Shown here: positions 13,145-25,964 of the stretch, one piece after another
Position numbering within the stretch: position 1 is the stretch's first letter
Layout of the letters: every line of letters begins with the position of its first letter
Assembly (NCBI RefSeq): GCF_006345805.1
Contig: NC_043023.1
Coordinates: 3,596,001-3,660,000, forward strand
Direction of reading: 5' to 3'
DNA from: Octopus sinensis
Lineage: Eukaryota
Length of the DNA stretch: 64,000 bases
Position numbers and translations under genes: made by a program
Notes under the pieces: generated by a model
What the model was told of the DNA's origin: nothing
Seen by the model: only the letters and a program-made list of their open reading frames with translations
The model's database searches: none

Positions 13145-14364
13145 AAAGGGGAAGGAAAGATTCAGAGAAGGGAAGACAGAGGAAAAAAAAATCACCAACG
13201 GTACACACGAGGTCACATTTATATATATATATATATATTATATATTAAATTGATCCACTTAAAACGATTGTACTGCATCACCTCTGGATATCCTGTTATT
13301 TTGATTTTATATATATGTGTGTGTGTGTGTGTGTATGTATGTGTGTGTCTGTTTACCTATTTGCTTGCCTCCCTATCAGTCTGTGTCTCTCTCTCTGCTT
13401 ATCTGTCTCAGGTATTTGATAATTAAATTGTTTGTTAGTAGTTCATTGTATTTATGATAGTAAGAGTGACAACAGGAGAGATATACAGTGAAAGGTTATA
13501 TATATATATATATATATACGTTTAAATATTTGTTGTGCAAGATTTTTTATGTGAAGTCGTGTGTTGAAACAGATATTGTTATATTTCGGAATGGTCATAT
13601 TGCCAGTTTAGCCAATAAAAACACACGCACTATATATGTGGCCGTTGCCAGGGCCGCCCCAACTGGGTTCCGTGTCGGTGGCACGTAAAAAGCACCATCT
13701 GACCATGGCCGTTTGCCAGCCCCGTCTGGCACGTAAAAAGCACCCACTACACTCATGGAGTGGTTGGCGTTAGGAAGGGCATCCAGCCGTAGAAATAAAT
13801 ATCACTGAAGCAAAATAACACCAAATATATAGTGCGTGTGTTTTTATTGGCTAAACTGGCAATATGACCATTCCGAAATATAACAATATATATATATATA
13901 TATATATATAAAGAAAAAATGTCAAGATAGAAAATGCTAAAATAATTTTATAAAAAACATTTCAAAATCGAAATCAATCAACATCAATGGAAATTGTAGC
14001 TGTGATACCAGTGCTGGTGGCACGTAAGCGAACCATCCGAATGTGGCCATTGCCAGGGCCGCCCCAACTGGGTTTCCGTGTCGGTGGCCCGTAAAAAGCA
14101 CCATCGACCATGGCCATTTTGCCAGCCCGCCCGTCTGGCACGTAAAAAGCACCCACTACACTCTGGAGTGGTTGCGTTAGGAGGGCTCCCAGCCGTAGAA
14201 ACATTGCCAGAGATCAGACTGGGCCTGGTGCAGCCTTCTGGCTTCCCAGACCCCAGTTGAAAACGTCCAACCCATGCTAGCATGGAAAGCGGACACTAAT
14301 GAGGATATGAATGATATATATATATATTATATATATATATTTTGTGTGTGTGTGTTTGTGTGTG

Positions 14365-14828
14365 TAGAAGGTTGAAAAGGAACACATGAGTGATATAATG
14401 GGGAAAAAAAGTCAAGATAGAACATGCTAAAATAATTTTATAACAAACATTTCAGTACCGGATTCAGTTCAATTGTAAGTATGGAAGGCAATTAAATTTT
14501 GGAAAAATTAAAAGAAAAGTTTTTTTTAAAAAGAATATTTGCATAGTGTTCAAATACAAGGGGCATTTTCCTTATTTCTGCACAATGACCTCGAACCCAC
14601 AAGAGTAAACAAGAGAGACAGAGACAGGTAGAAACAAGGAAAATGTCCCTTGTATTTGAATACTATACAAATATTCTTTTAAAAAAAACTTTTCTTTTAA
14701 TTTTTCCAAAATTTAATTGTTTTCCATACTTCGGTACTGAAATGCTTTTTATAAAATTATTTTAGCATTTTCTATCTTGACTTTTTTTCCCATATATATC
14801 AACTCGTGTGTTCCTTTTCAACCTTCTA
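14365..14828. mobile_element. AT-rich foldback element (about 200-bp arms)
   Basis: tagaaggttgaaaaggaacac... / ...gtgttccttttcaaccttcta, with matching internal arms. Confidence 0.8.
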
Positions 14829-15442
14829 TATATATATATACACATATATATATAATCATCATCATCATCATCGTTTAACGTCCGCTTTCCATGCTAGCAT
14901 GAGTTGGACGATTTTGACAAAGGGCTGGCGAACCAGAAGGCTGCACCAGGCTCCAACCTGATCTGGCAGTGTTTCTACAGCTGGATGCCCTTTCTAATGC
15001 CAACCACTCCGAGAGTGTAGTGGGTGCTTTTTACGTGCCACTGGCACGGAAGCCAGTTGGCACCCTACTAGCATGGGTACAAGTGCCAGTAAGGCGACGC
15101 CTCCTGTTGTCACTCTTACTATCATAAATACAATGAACTACTAACAATGTAATTATCAAATACCTGAGACAGACAAGCAGAGAGAGAGACTCACAGACTG
15201 ATAGGGAGGCAAGCAAATAGGTAAACAAACACACACATATACTCTTTTACTTGTTTCAGTCATATGACAGTGGCCATGCTGGAGCACCGCCTTTAGTCGA
15301 GCAAATCGACCCCAGGACTTATTCTTTGTAAGCCCGGTACTTATTCTATCGATCTCTTTTTGCCGAACCACTAAGTGACGGGGACGTAAACACACCCAGC
15401 ATCGGTTGTCAGCACTGCTAGGGGGACAAACACATACACCAA

Positions 15443-15490
<48 letters not shown>

Positions 15491-16087
15491 TATTATATAT
15501 ATTACGACAGGCTTCTTTCACAGTTTCCGTCTACCAAATCCACTCACAAGGCATTGGTCGGCCTGGGCTATAGCAGAAGACATTTGCCCAAGATGCCACG
15601 CAGTGGGACTGAACCCGGACCATGTGGTTGGTTGTTAGCAAGCTCTTACCACACAGCCACTCCTGTGCCTATATATATATAAAATCAAAATAAGCAATAA
15701 GGATATCCAGAGGTGATGCAGTACGATCGTTTCATGCAACTCCATTTAATTGAACAATGCAATCATTACCTCAATTTAAATGCAGAGCTTTGCTCACCTG
15801 CATAAATAAATAGAATTAATTTAATCAGTCATTCATATAATTTTATTTAAATCCTCCAAGAGGGTAAGATTAAATGAAGCTACTTCAAACAGTCGTACTG
15901 CATCACCTCTAGATATCCCGTTGCTTATTTTGATTTTATACACTTTATTTTGAAATTGTACGGCTGATACCACACCAATTTTTGGTGCTTGAACTTAAGT
16001 ACCTAATTCATCTGAATCTCATTTTGCTTAACTCATCAACCAAATATACACACACACACACACCACACACACACACATATATATATA

Positions 16088-16612
16088 CTAGCAGTATCGC
16101 CCGGCGTGGCTCGGGTTTTGTAAGGGAAATACTATATAAGCATTTTTAGAGAAGTTTTACTTCCCTTATAGATGCCAATTCGGGCTTTCTTAGCCATTTC
16201 TGTTTTGGTGTCTTCAAGCCATGAAGCCGTTGTTCTAAAAGACCGCTGGTCTCCTTGACAACGCTTTACGACGTTGATTTCCTTACAACTCCCTTCCCCA
16301 CAGCTTCACGAGGAGGGAAGAAGGGGAGAAGCAAACAGGTGCAGGTGTGACCATGGACGCCAACTCCGCCGCCATCGACACTCGAAAAATTATGCATTAA
16401 AATGGAATAAAAAATGATGTTAATTATTTTTAAAATTGTAGACTCATCGTAGACGCGCGGCTAATACTAATACTCAGACGGGCTCGATATGAATCCACGA
16501 CTATAAAGATCCCCGAATTTGGTTTAAACTGCACCCCGCAAATGTGGGAGTAGTTAGGAATCTAAATCGAAGGGGACAGACACTCACACAACTACAGTTT
16601 TATATATATAGA
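16088..16612 (-). mobile_element. Non-autonomous Helitron
   Basis: A|TCTATATATATAAAAC ... cccgagccacgccggg cgatactg CTAG|T. Confidence 0.85.
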
Positions 16613-16624
16613 TATATATATACA

Positions 16625-16862
16625 TCTAAGTAAACACATAAATGTGAAACAAGGTGGAAAAAAGAGTACTCAAATACCAGGGGTAGAGTAATATGCTTTA
16701 TTTAAAAGCAGCAGAAATTCAACAAAACCTGTTACTTGGAGTTTCACGCTCCCGTTCGTCGGACAGTTTCTTTGTTTTTTTTTTTAACAAAAACTGTCCA
16801 ACGAACGGAATGTGAAACTCAGAGTAACAGGTTTTGTTAAATTTCTGCTGCTTTTGAAAGCA
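16625..16862. mobile_element. Family A palindromic element with two degenerate hammerheads (16724-16769 minus, 16790-16835 plus)
   Basis: Homologous to 52035-52295 over the left flank and both arms. Cores are CCGACGA and CCAACGA. Flanked by (TA)n. Confidence 0.65.
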
Positions 16863-16874
16863 TATATATAGTAT

Positions 16875-16926
<52 letters not shown>

Positions 16927-17374
16927 TATTAATATTATTTTGTGAATTTGATTTAGTATTTCTAAATTGAAATTTTCCCTGTCAGTTTGGAATAATATTC
17001 TCTCATATATTATTATTATCATTATAATATATATAAATATATAAATAAATATATATTTAATTTCAACAATTGAGGGTAAAATTAATTAATTATTAATCAA
17101 TTTCACCAAGTATTCCGTATGTAAGGGACCATTTAAGGCGAATTCAAAATATTACATTTTAAAAAGGGCTTAGTAAAATAAATTACTTTGCCACATACTG
17201 TGGCAAAGTAATTTATTTTACTAAGCCCTTTATAAAATGTAATATATATATATATACACACACACATACATACTAAGGGCTTCTTTCACTTTCCATCTAC
17301 CAAGTTCACTCTTTTTTCACCTTGTTTCACATTAATGTGCTTTCTCAGGTGTGTGTGTGTATGTATATATATAT

Positions 17375-17406
<32 letters not shown>

Positions 17407-17607
17407 ATATATGAATGTATGTATGTATGTGTTTATCATCATCACCATCATTTGACTGAGGACTGGCAAGCCAGGAGGCTGCACCAGGCTCCAATCTGAT
17501 CTGGCAAAGGTTTATAGCTGGATACCCTTCCTAACACCAACCACTCCAAAAGTGTAGTGGGTGCACCCAGCTTCACTCCCTGTTTTGGCAGTATTTTTAT
17601 GGCTGGA

Positions 17608-17983
17608 CAAGCAGTATCGCCTGGCATTGCTCAGGTTTGTAAGGGAAATAACTATAAAGCATTTTTAGAGAGTTATAGCCAAAACATAGCCAAAAAATGG
17701 AAAAGAAATGATGGTAAATTTTTTTTTAGAGTAAAAAGGTCGAGTTGCGTCCCCTAGACAGTCCTGTGGTTTTGTGTTTCTGATTCTCGACCCCATGTCG
17801 AATTTATCGATTTTTTTCAGAACTGGGGAACTTTTCAAATTTTTCGCTGTGTTACTTTTGAATTATGACATTGGGCTATGTGTGTGTCAAGTTTCATCAG
17901 AATCGGTTGAAAGCCGTGGTCAGGATGAGGGTACAATCTGACAGACACACAGACAGACAAATTACCGTTTATATAGAGAGAGA
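17608..17983 (-). mobile_element. Non-autonomous Helitron, different body with the same 3' end
   Basis: Shares about 60 bp of 3' terminus with 16088-16612. CTAG is mutated. 5' end is TCTCTC...TATATAAAC. Confidence 0.7.
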
Positions 17984-19749
17984 TGATCTTCTTAACATGT
18001 TTCATTTGTTATGAGATTTTTAATTCATTTCTATGTGGTTATTATAGATAATATCTTTTCACTATTGATGGAATAACTAAATAAAAGTTTGTCTCTAAAT
18101 TATATATATATATATCATCATCATCGTTTAGCGTCCGCTTTCCATGCTGACATGGGTTGGACGGTTCAACTGGGGTCTGGGAAGCCAGGAGGCTGCACCA
18201 GGCCCAGTCTGATCTGGCAATGTTTCTACGGCTGGATGCCTTTCCTAACGCCAACCACTCCATGAGTGTAGTGGGTGCTTTTTACATGCCACCTTTCCAG
18301 GTGCCAGACAAGGCTGGCAACGGCCATGATCGATGGTGCTTTTACGTGCCCCGGCATTGAGGCCAGATGGGGTGTCGCTGGCAACGGCCACGTTCGAATG
18401 GTTCTCTTATGTGCCACCAGCACTGGTATCACAGCTACAATTCCATTGATGTTTATCGATTTCGATATATATATATATATAATATATATATAATATATAT
18501 ATATATATGTAAAGGGTAAAGAGCCCCTTTTGGCATTGCACCTAGAATGCTCCCTGCCTATGTATAAGTCTGTGCAAGGTTAGTTTATAGAAGACCAGCA
18601 GTCACCCATGCATACCAGCCTCCCCTTTCCACACCACTGATGTTATCCAAGGGAACGTGACGTCACAACCGATTTCCACAGTTGAGTGAACTGGAGCATC
18701 GGAAAAATAAACTGTTTTCCTCAAGAACACAACATACACCCCGGTCTGGGAATTGAACTCAAAACCCCATGATTGTAAACCCGTTACTCTAACCACTGAG
18801 CCATACAAAACAGTATAAAGCAATTACTCTTTTAATCTTTTACTTGTTTCAGTCATTTGACTGCAGCCATGCTGGAGCACCGCCTTTAGTCGAGCAAACC
18901 GACCCCGGGGCTTATTCTTTGTAAGCCCAGTACTTATTCTATTGGTCTCTTTTGCCGAACCGCTAAGTGACGGGGACATAAACAGACCAGCATCGGTTGT
19001 CAAGCGATGCTAGGGGGACAAACACAGACACAGAAACACACATACATACATATATATATACATATATACGACAGGCTTCTTTCAGTTTCCGTCTACCAAA
19101 TCCACTCACAAGGCATTGGTCGGCCTGGGGTTATAGCAGAAGACACTTGCCCAAGGTGCCACGCAGTGGGACTGAACCCGGAACCAGGAAAATACCAAAT
19201 TGCTTTTATTATGATTCAACATAAAAAACAAACAACACACGGACACACAGACACACACACTTCTTGATTAATTAAACACAAGAAGTACTCAATGTCGCAG
19301 TTGAATGAAACAATGTTATTAGGTTAATCCGGCAACAGAGCAGTCCATTGGGTCACCCTAAATAAAATACAGTTGTGTGTGGAATTATATATATACCTAC
19401 ATATATACACGTATATTTACACACCCATCCAGTTATATACACATGTGTGTATGTATATCCACATATTTATATACATATATATGTTTATACACAGACATAC
19501 AGACATGGATATATATATATACACACACAGACACATAAACACATAAATATATATATATATATGGAAGTATGCTGTGCGTGAGAAGACCCGGCAAGACTAG
19601 TGAAGCCATAATCCGTGGCCCCTACCTGGGACGTAGTCCGTCCACCTGTCATACACCTTCCTTCTTGTGACACTTGTGAAGACCTGTTGAGGCAAGTGAG
19701 AATCGAATCGAATCAAATCAAATCAAATCGAACCAAATCAAAATAGATG

Positions 19750-20163
19750 AACATCAATGGAATTTGTATCCTTGTGTACCAGTGCCGGTGGCACATAAGA
19801 AAAACCATCCGAACGTGATTGTAGCCAGTACCGCAACGACTGGCCTCCGTGCTGAGGGCACGTAACAAACACCATCCGAGCGTGGACGTCCGCCAGCCCC
19901 GTCTGGCACCTGTGTCGGTGGCACATAAAAAACACCATCCGAGCGTGGCCGTCTGCCAGCCTCGTCTGGCACCTGTGTCGGTGGCACATAAAATCACCCA
20001 CTACACTCTCGGAGTGGTTGGCGTTAGGAAGGGCATCCAGCTGTAGAAACACTGCCAGATCTGACTGACCTGGTGCAGCCTTCGGGCTTGCCAGACCCCA
20101 GTTGAACCGTCCAACCCATGCCAGCATGGAAAGCGGACGTTAAACGATGATGATGATGATGAT

Positions 20164-20165
<2 letters not shown>
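19750..20165 (+). mobile_element. Non-autonomous retroelement family C with internal GC-rich tandem units and (GAT)n tail
   Basis: 3' end ...CCAACCCATGCTAGCATGGAAAGCGGACGTTAAACGATGATG. Copies at 13960-14310, 14855-15050, 18115-18470, 25940-26500, 30950-31295, 61140-61450. Confidence 0.8.
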
Positions 20166-20199
<34 letters not shown>

Positions 20200-20219
20200 A
20201 CATAGATAAACACATAAAA

Positions 20220-20254
<35 letters not shown>

Positions 20255-20349
20255 AAAAATATATGTACATCTCTTATACATGCATAAACATACAGGCACA
20301 AATATATACACAAATAAACACACAGATATATATATATACACACACTGAC

Positions 20350-21180
20350 AGACAGACAAATAGATAGAGACATAGAAAGATAGAGATAAATACATACAGA
20401 CATATAGACAGAGACAGATAGAGAGAGACAGAGAGAGAGAGACAAATAGAGAGAGATGGATAGATAGACAGATATAGATAATATAGATAGATAGACAGAT
20501 AGATTGACAGATATAGGTAGATATAGAGATAGATAGATAGATAGATAGAGAGATAGATAGACGATATAGGTAGATATAGATAGATAGATAGATGATAGAT
20601 AGATAGATAGATAGATAGATAGACAGCTATAGGTAGATATAGAGATAGATAGAGAGATAGATAGACAGATATAGGTAGATATAGAGATAGATAGAGAGAT
20701 AGATAGACAGATATAGGTAGATATAGATAGATAGATAGATAGATAGACAGATAGATAGATAGATAGACAGATAGATAGACAGATAGATAATAGATAGACA
20801 GATAAGGTGATATAGATAGAAGATAGATAGATAGATAGATAGAAATAGATAGATAGATATAGATAGACACATATATGTATAGATATAGATAATAGATATA
20901 TATATAGTAGATATAGATAGAAGTAAATAGATAGATACATACATACATAGAGATACAGATAGATAGACGGACAGATAGATAGATAGATAAATAGAAAAAT
21001 AGATAGAAAGATAGATAGATACATAGAGGTAGATAGATACATACATACATATATACATAGAGATACAGATAGACAGATAGATGGATAGAGATATATAAAT
21101 ATAGATAGATAGATAGATTTAGATAGATATATAGATAGATAGATATAGGTAGATGTAGATAGATAGACAGACAAGTAGAT
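20350..21180. repeat. (GATA)n compound microsatellite
   Basis: Direct reading. Confidence 0.95.
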
Positions 21181-22120
21181 TATCCTGATAAACGGGATAT
21201 TAAGATCAGAAGATTAGTAACAGATGGAGATTACAAAAATAGAGATGGTAGCCAACTTACTTGGTGGTGGGTATTTAGTGTTGGGCGGGGGTGGAGGGGC
21301 AGATAGTAATTAATGCAGCTGCAGGAGCTAGAGAAGGACAGCAGTAATGAAATACACCTTCTACACACCGACACACTCGTTAAGTGCAGTAACGATGAAT
21401 GGATTTAACGAGGGTAAAGTGTATGCACTGCCTGTCACAGTTATGTCATGATACCAGCTGTTGCTTACACTGTTGCTCACTCGTCTGTCTGTGTGGAGCG
21501 GTAATTAATGATGACATGTCATGCATGTATGCATGTGTGTGTGTCAGAGCATATATATATATATGTGTGTGCATGTAAACCACATACGCACACACACACA
21601 CATAAACATGCACACATACTTTATAGGTTGAGGCTACCATTGGTTTCATGTTAGGGATTTCCTTAGCAATTATCAAACATTTGATATGGAACATTGGTGT
21701 TCATTTCTATTTTGGTAAACATTTGTGTGTGTGTGTGTGTGTCCATTTTCCATGCTGGCATATTTATAAGTGTGTATATAAAGCACACACCACACACATA
21801 AACATGTACACATACTTTATAGGTTGAGGCTACCATTGGTTTCATGCTAGAGATTTCCTTAACAATTATCATACATTTGACATGGAACATTGATGTTCTT
21901 TACTCTCTTTACTCTTTTACTTGTTTCAGTCATTTGACTGCGGCCATGCAAACCACCACCTTTAGTCGAAGAAATCGACTCCAGGACTTATACTTTGTAA
22001 GCCTAGTACTTATTCTATCGGTCTCTTTTGCCGAACCACTAAGTAACGGGGACATAAACACACCAGCATCGGTTGTCAAGCAATGCTAGGGGGATAAACA
22101 CAGACACACAAACACACACA

Positions 22121-22160
<40 letters not shown>

Positions 22161-22359
22161 CATACATATTTAGGACGGGCTTCTTTCTGTTTCCGTGTAC
22201 CAAATCCACTCACAAAGCTTTGGTCGGCCCGAGGTTATAGTAGAAGACACTTGCCCAAGGTGCCACGCAGTGAGAATGAACCCGGAACCATGTGGTCTGT
22301 AAGCAAGCTACTTACCACACAGCCACTCCTGAGCCTTGTTTCCATTTTGGAAAAAAATT

Positions 22360-25250
22360 GTGTGTGTGTGTGTGTGTGGTGTGTGTGTCTGTGTGTGTTT
22401 GTGTCTGTGTGTGTTTGTGTCTGTGTCTGTGTGTGTTTGTGTCTGTGTGTGTTTGTGTCTGTGTCTGTGTGTGTTTGTGTCTGTGTGTGTCTGTGTCTGT
22501 GTGTGTTTGTGTCTGTGTGTGTTTGTGTCTGTGTGTGTTTGTGTCTGTGTTGTGTGTGTTTGTGCTCTGTGTGTGTGTGTCTGTGTGTTGTGTCTGTGTG
22601 TTGTGTTGTGTCGGTGTGTGTTTGTGTCTGTGTGGTTTGTGTTTGTGTTGTGTGTGTTTGTTGTCTGTGTGTGTGTGTGTCTGTGTCTGTGTGTGGTTTG
22701 TGTCTGTGTGTTGTGTCTGTGTGGTGGTGTTTGTGTCTGTGTGTGTTTGGTCTGTGTGTGTGTGTGTGTTTGTGTCTGTGTGTGTTGTTGTGTGTGTTTG
22801 GTCTGTGTGTGTGTTGTGTCTGTGGTGGTGTGTGTGTGTGTGGTGTTGTTTGTGTGTGGTGTGTCTGTGTGTGTGTGTGTCTGTGTGTGTGTGTGTTGTG
22901 TGTGTTTGTGTCTGTGTGTGTTTGTGTCTGTGTGTGTGTGTGTCTGTGTGTGTGTGTGGTCTGTGTGTGTGTGTCTGTGTGTGTGTGTGTGTCTGTGTGT
23001 GTGTGGTGTCTGTGTGTGTGTGTGTATGTGTGTGTTGTGTCTGTTGGTGTGTGGTCTGTGTGTGTGTGTGTCTGTGTGTGTGTGTGTCTGTGTGTGTGTG
23101 TGTGTGGTGTGTGTGTTCTGTGGTGTGTGTGTCGTGGTGTGTGTGCTGTGTGTGTGTGTGTCTGTGTGTGTTTGTGTCTGTGTGTGTTTGTGTCTGTGTT
23201 GTGTTTGGTCTGTGTGTGTGTGTGTCGTTGTGTGGTGTGTGTCTGTGTGTGTGTGTGTCTGTGTGGGTGTGTCTGTGTGTGTTTGTGTCTGTGTGTGTGG
23301 TGTTGTGTGGGTTGTGTCTGTGTGTGTTTGTGTCTGTGTGTGTGTGGTGTGTGTGTGTGTGTGTGTGTTTGTGTGTTTGTCTGTGTGTGTGTGTCTGTGT
23401 GTTTTGGTGTCTGTGTGGTGTGTGTCTGTGTGTGGTTGTGTCTGTGGTGTTTGTGTCTGTGTGTGTGGGGTGTCTGTGTGTGTTTGTGTCTGTGTGTGTG
23501 TGTGTCTGTGTGTGTTTGTGTCTGTGTGTGTTTGTGTCTGTGTGTGTTTGTGTCTGTGTGTGTTTGTGTCTGTGTGTGTGTGTCTGTGTGTGTTTGTGTC
23601 TGTGTGTGTTTGTGTCTGTGTGTGTGTGTGTCTGTGTGTGTGTGTGTGTCTGTGTGTGTGTGTGTCTGTGTGTGTGTGTCTGTGTGTGTTTGTGTCTGTG
23701 TGTGTGTGTGTCTGTGTGTGTGTTGTGTCTGTGTGTGTTTGTGTCTGTGTGTGTTTGTGTCTGTGTGTGTTTGTGTCTGTGTGTGGTGTCTGTGTGTGGT
23801 TTGTGTCTGTGTGTGTTTTGTGTCGTGTGTGTTGTTTGTGTGTGTGTGTGTGTTTGTGTGGTGTGTGGTGTCTGTGTGTGTTTTGTGTCGGTGTGTGTTG
23901 TGTCTGTGTGTGTGTGGTGTGCGTGTGTGTGTGTTGTGTGTGTGTGTTGTGTGTCTGTGTGTGTGTGTGTCTGTGTGTGTTTGTCTGGTTGTGTGTGTTT
24001 GTGTCTGTGTGTGTTGTGTCTGTGTGTGTGTGTGTGTGTCTGTGTGTGTGGTGTCTGTGTGGTGTTGCTGTGTGTTTGTGTGGGTCTGTGTGTGTGTGTG
24101 TGTCGGTGTGTGTGTGTGTATGTGTTGTGTGTGTATGTGTTGTGTGTTTGTGTGGTGTGGGTTGTGTATGTGTGTGTGTCTGTGTGTGTGGTGTCCTGTG
24201 TGTGTGGTCTGGGTCTGTGTGGTCTGTGTGTGTGTGTTCTGTGTGTGTGGTGTTGTGTGTGTGTGTGTGTGTGTGTCTGTGTGTGTTTGTGTCTGTGTGT
24301 GTTTGTGTCTGTGTGTGTTTGTGTCTGTGTGTGTGTGTGTGTGTGTGGTTGTGTGTGTGTGTGTGTGTGTGTGTGTCTGGTGTTTGTGTGTGTATGTGTG
24401 TGTGTGTTTGTGCTGTGGTGTGTGTGTCTGTGCTGTGTGGGTTTGTGTCTGTGTGTGTTTTGTGTCTGTGTGTGTGTGTGTCTGTGTGTGTGTGTGTGTG
24501 TGTATGTGTGTGTGTGTGTGTTCTGTGTGTCGTGTGTCTGTGTGTGTGTTTGGGTGTGTGTGTGTGTGTGTGTCTGTTGTGTTTGTGTCTGTGGTGTGTT
24601 TGTGTCTGTGTGTGTTTGGTCTGTGATGTTTGTGTTTGTGTCTGTGTGTGTGTGTGTCTGTGTGTGTTTGTGTCTGTGTGTGGTTTGTGTCTGTGTGTGT
24701 TTGTGTCTGTGTGTTGTGTTTGTGTCTGTGTGTGTGGTCTGTGTGTTGTTTGTGTCTGTGTGTGTTTGTGTCTGTGTGTGTGTGTGTGTGTCTGTGTGTG
24801 TGTGTGTGTGTGTCGGTGATGTGTGTGTCTGTGTGTGTGTTTGTTGTCTGTGTGTGTTTGTGTCTGTGTGGTGTGGTGTGTCTGTGTGTTTGGTGTATGT
24901 GTGTGTGTGTCTGTGTGTGTTTGTGTCTGTGTGTGTTTGTGTCTGTGTGGTGTGTGTGTCTTGTGTGTTTGTGTCTGTGTGTGTTTGTGTCTGTGTGTGT
25001 TTGTGTCTGTGTGTGTTTGTGTCTGTGTGTGTGTTGTGTCTGTGTGGTTGTGTGTGTGTGTGTGTGTCTGTGGTGTTTGTGTCTGTGTTGTGTGGTCTGT
25101 TGTGGTTTGTGTCTGTGTGTGTGTGTGTCTGGTGTGTGGTGTGTGTGTGTGTGTTTTGTGTCTGTGTGTGTGTGTGTGTCTGTGTGTGTTTGTGTCTGTG
25201 TGTGTGTGTGTCTGTGTGTGTTTGTGTCTGTGTGTGTTTGTGTGTGTCCA
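22360..25250. repeat. About 2.9-kb compound (GT)-rich satellite, core GTGTGTTTGTGTCT
   Basis: Direct reading. Source of the 791-996 aa pseudo-ORFs. Confidence 0.95.
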
Positions 25251-25921
25251 TTGTCTATGCTTGCATGGGTTGGATGATTTGACCAGAGCTGGAAAGCTGC
25301 ATCACGTTCTAGTTTGATTTGGTAAGGCTTCTACAGCAGGATGCCCTTCCTAATACCGATCACTTTACAGTGTGTACTGGATGCTTTTAACAGTCACTTT
25401 TACGTGGCACTGGCACAAGTGCCATTTATGTGACATCATCACAGGACTCTTGCAGGCCAATACTTCTTCACCAGGGGATGCAGCCTTAACACTTCTGCTG
25501 TGGAGGACAGGTCTTCTTGAGAATACAACCTTAAAACTTCTGCTGTCATCCTCATCATTCAATGTCCATTTTCCCTGCTGGCATGGGTTGGACAGTTTGA
25601 TAGGGGCTAGCTAGGCTGAAGACTGCACCCAGCTTTACTCCCTGTTTTGGCAAGATTTTTATGGCTGAATTCCCTTCCTAACACCAGCCGCCTTACAGAA
25701 TAGACTGAGTGCTATTTAGGTGACACCATCACCAGTGAGGCCTGTTTTGACATGGCTTTTACAGTGTATAAATATCATTTAACGTCCATCTTCCATGCAT
25801 GCATGGGTAGGATCGTTGACAGGAGCTGACCAGATAGAAAACTACCCTAGGCTACTGTGTCTGTTTGGCAGAGATTTTATGACTGGATGCCCTTCCTAAC
25901 ACCAACCACTCCACAGGTGTG

Positions 25922-25964
<43 letters not shown>

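Noticed and set aside
21255-21300. Minus-strand donor AA|GTAAGT near a GC box as the missing PTDSS2 5' exon
   Set aside because: No independent support from sequence alone; needs transcript data.
22251-25317. ORFs of 791-996 aa (Cys/Val or His/Thr rich)
   Set aside because: Pure translation of the GT-rich satellite, which lacks stops in most frames.
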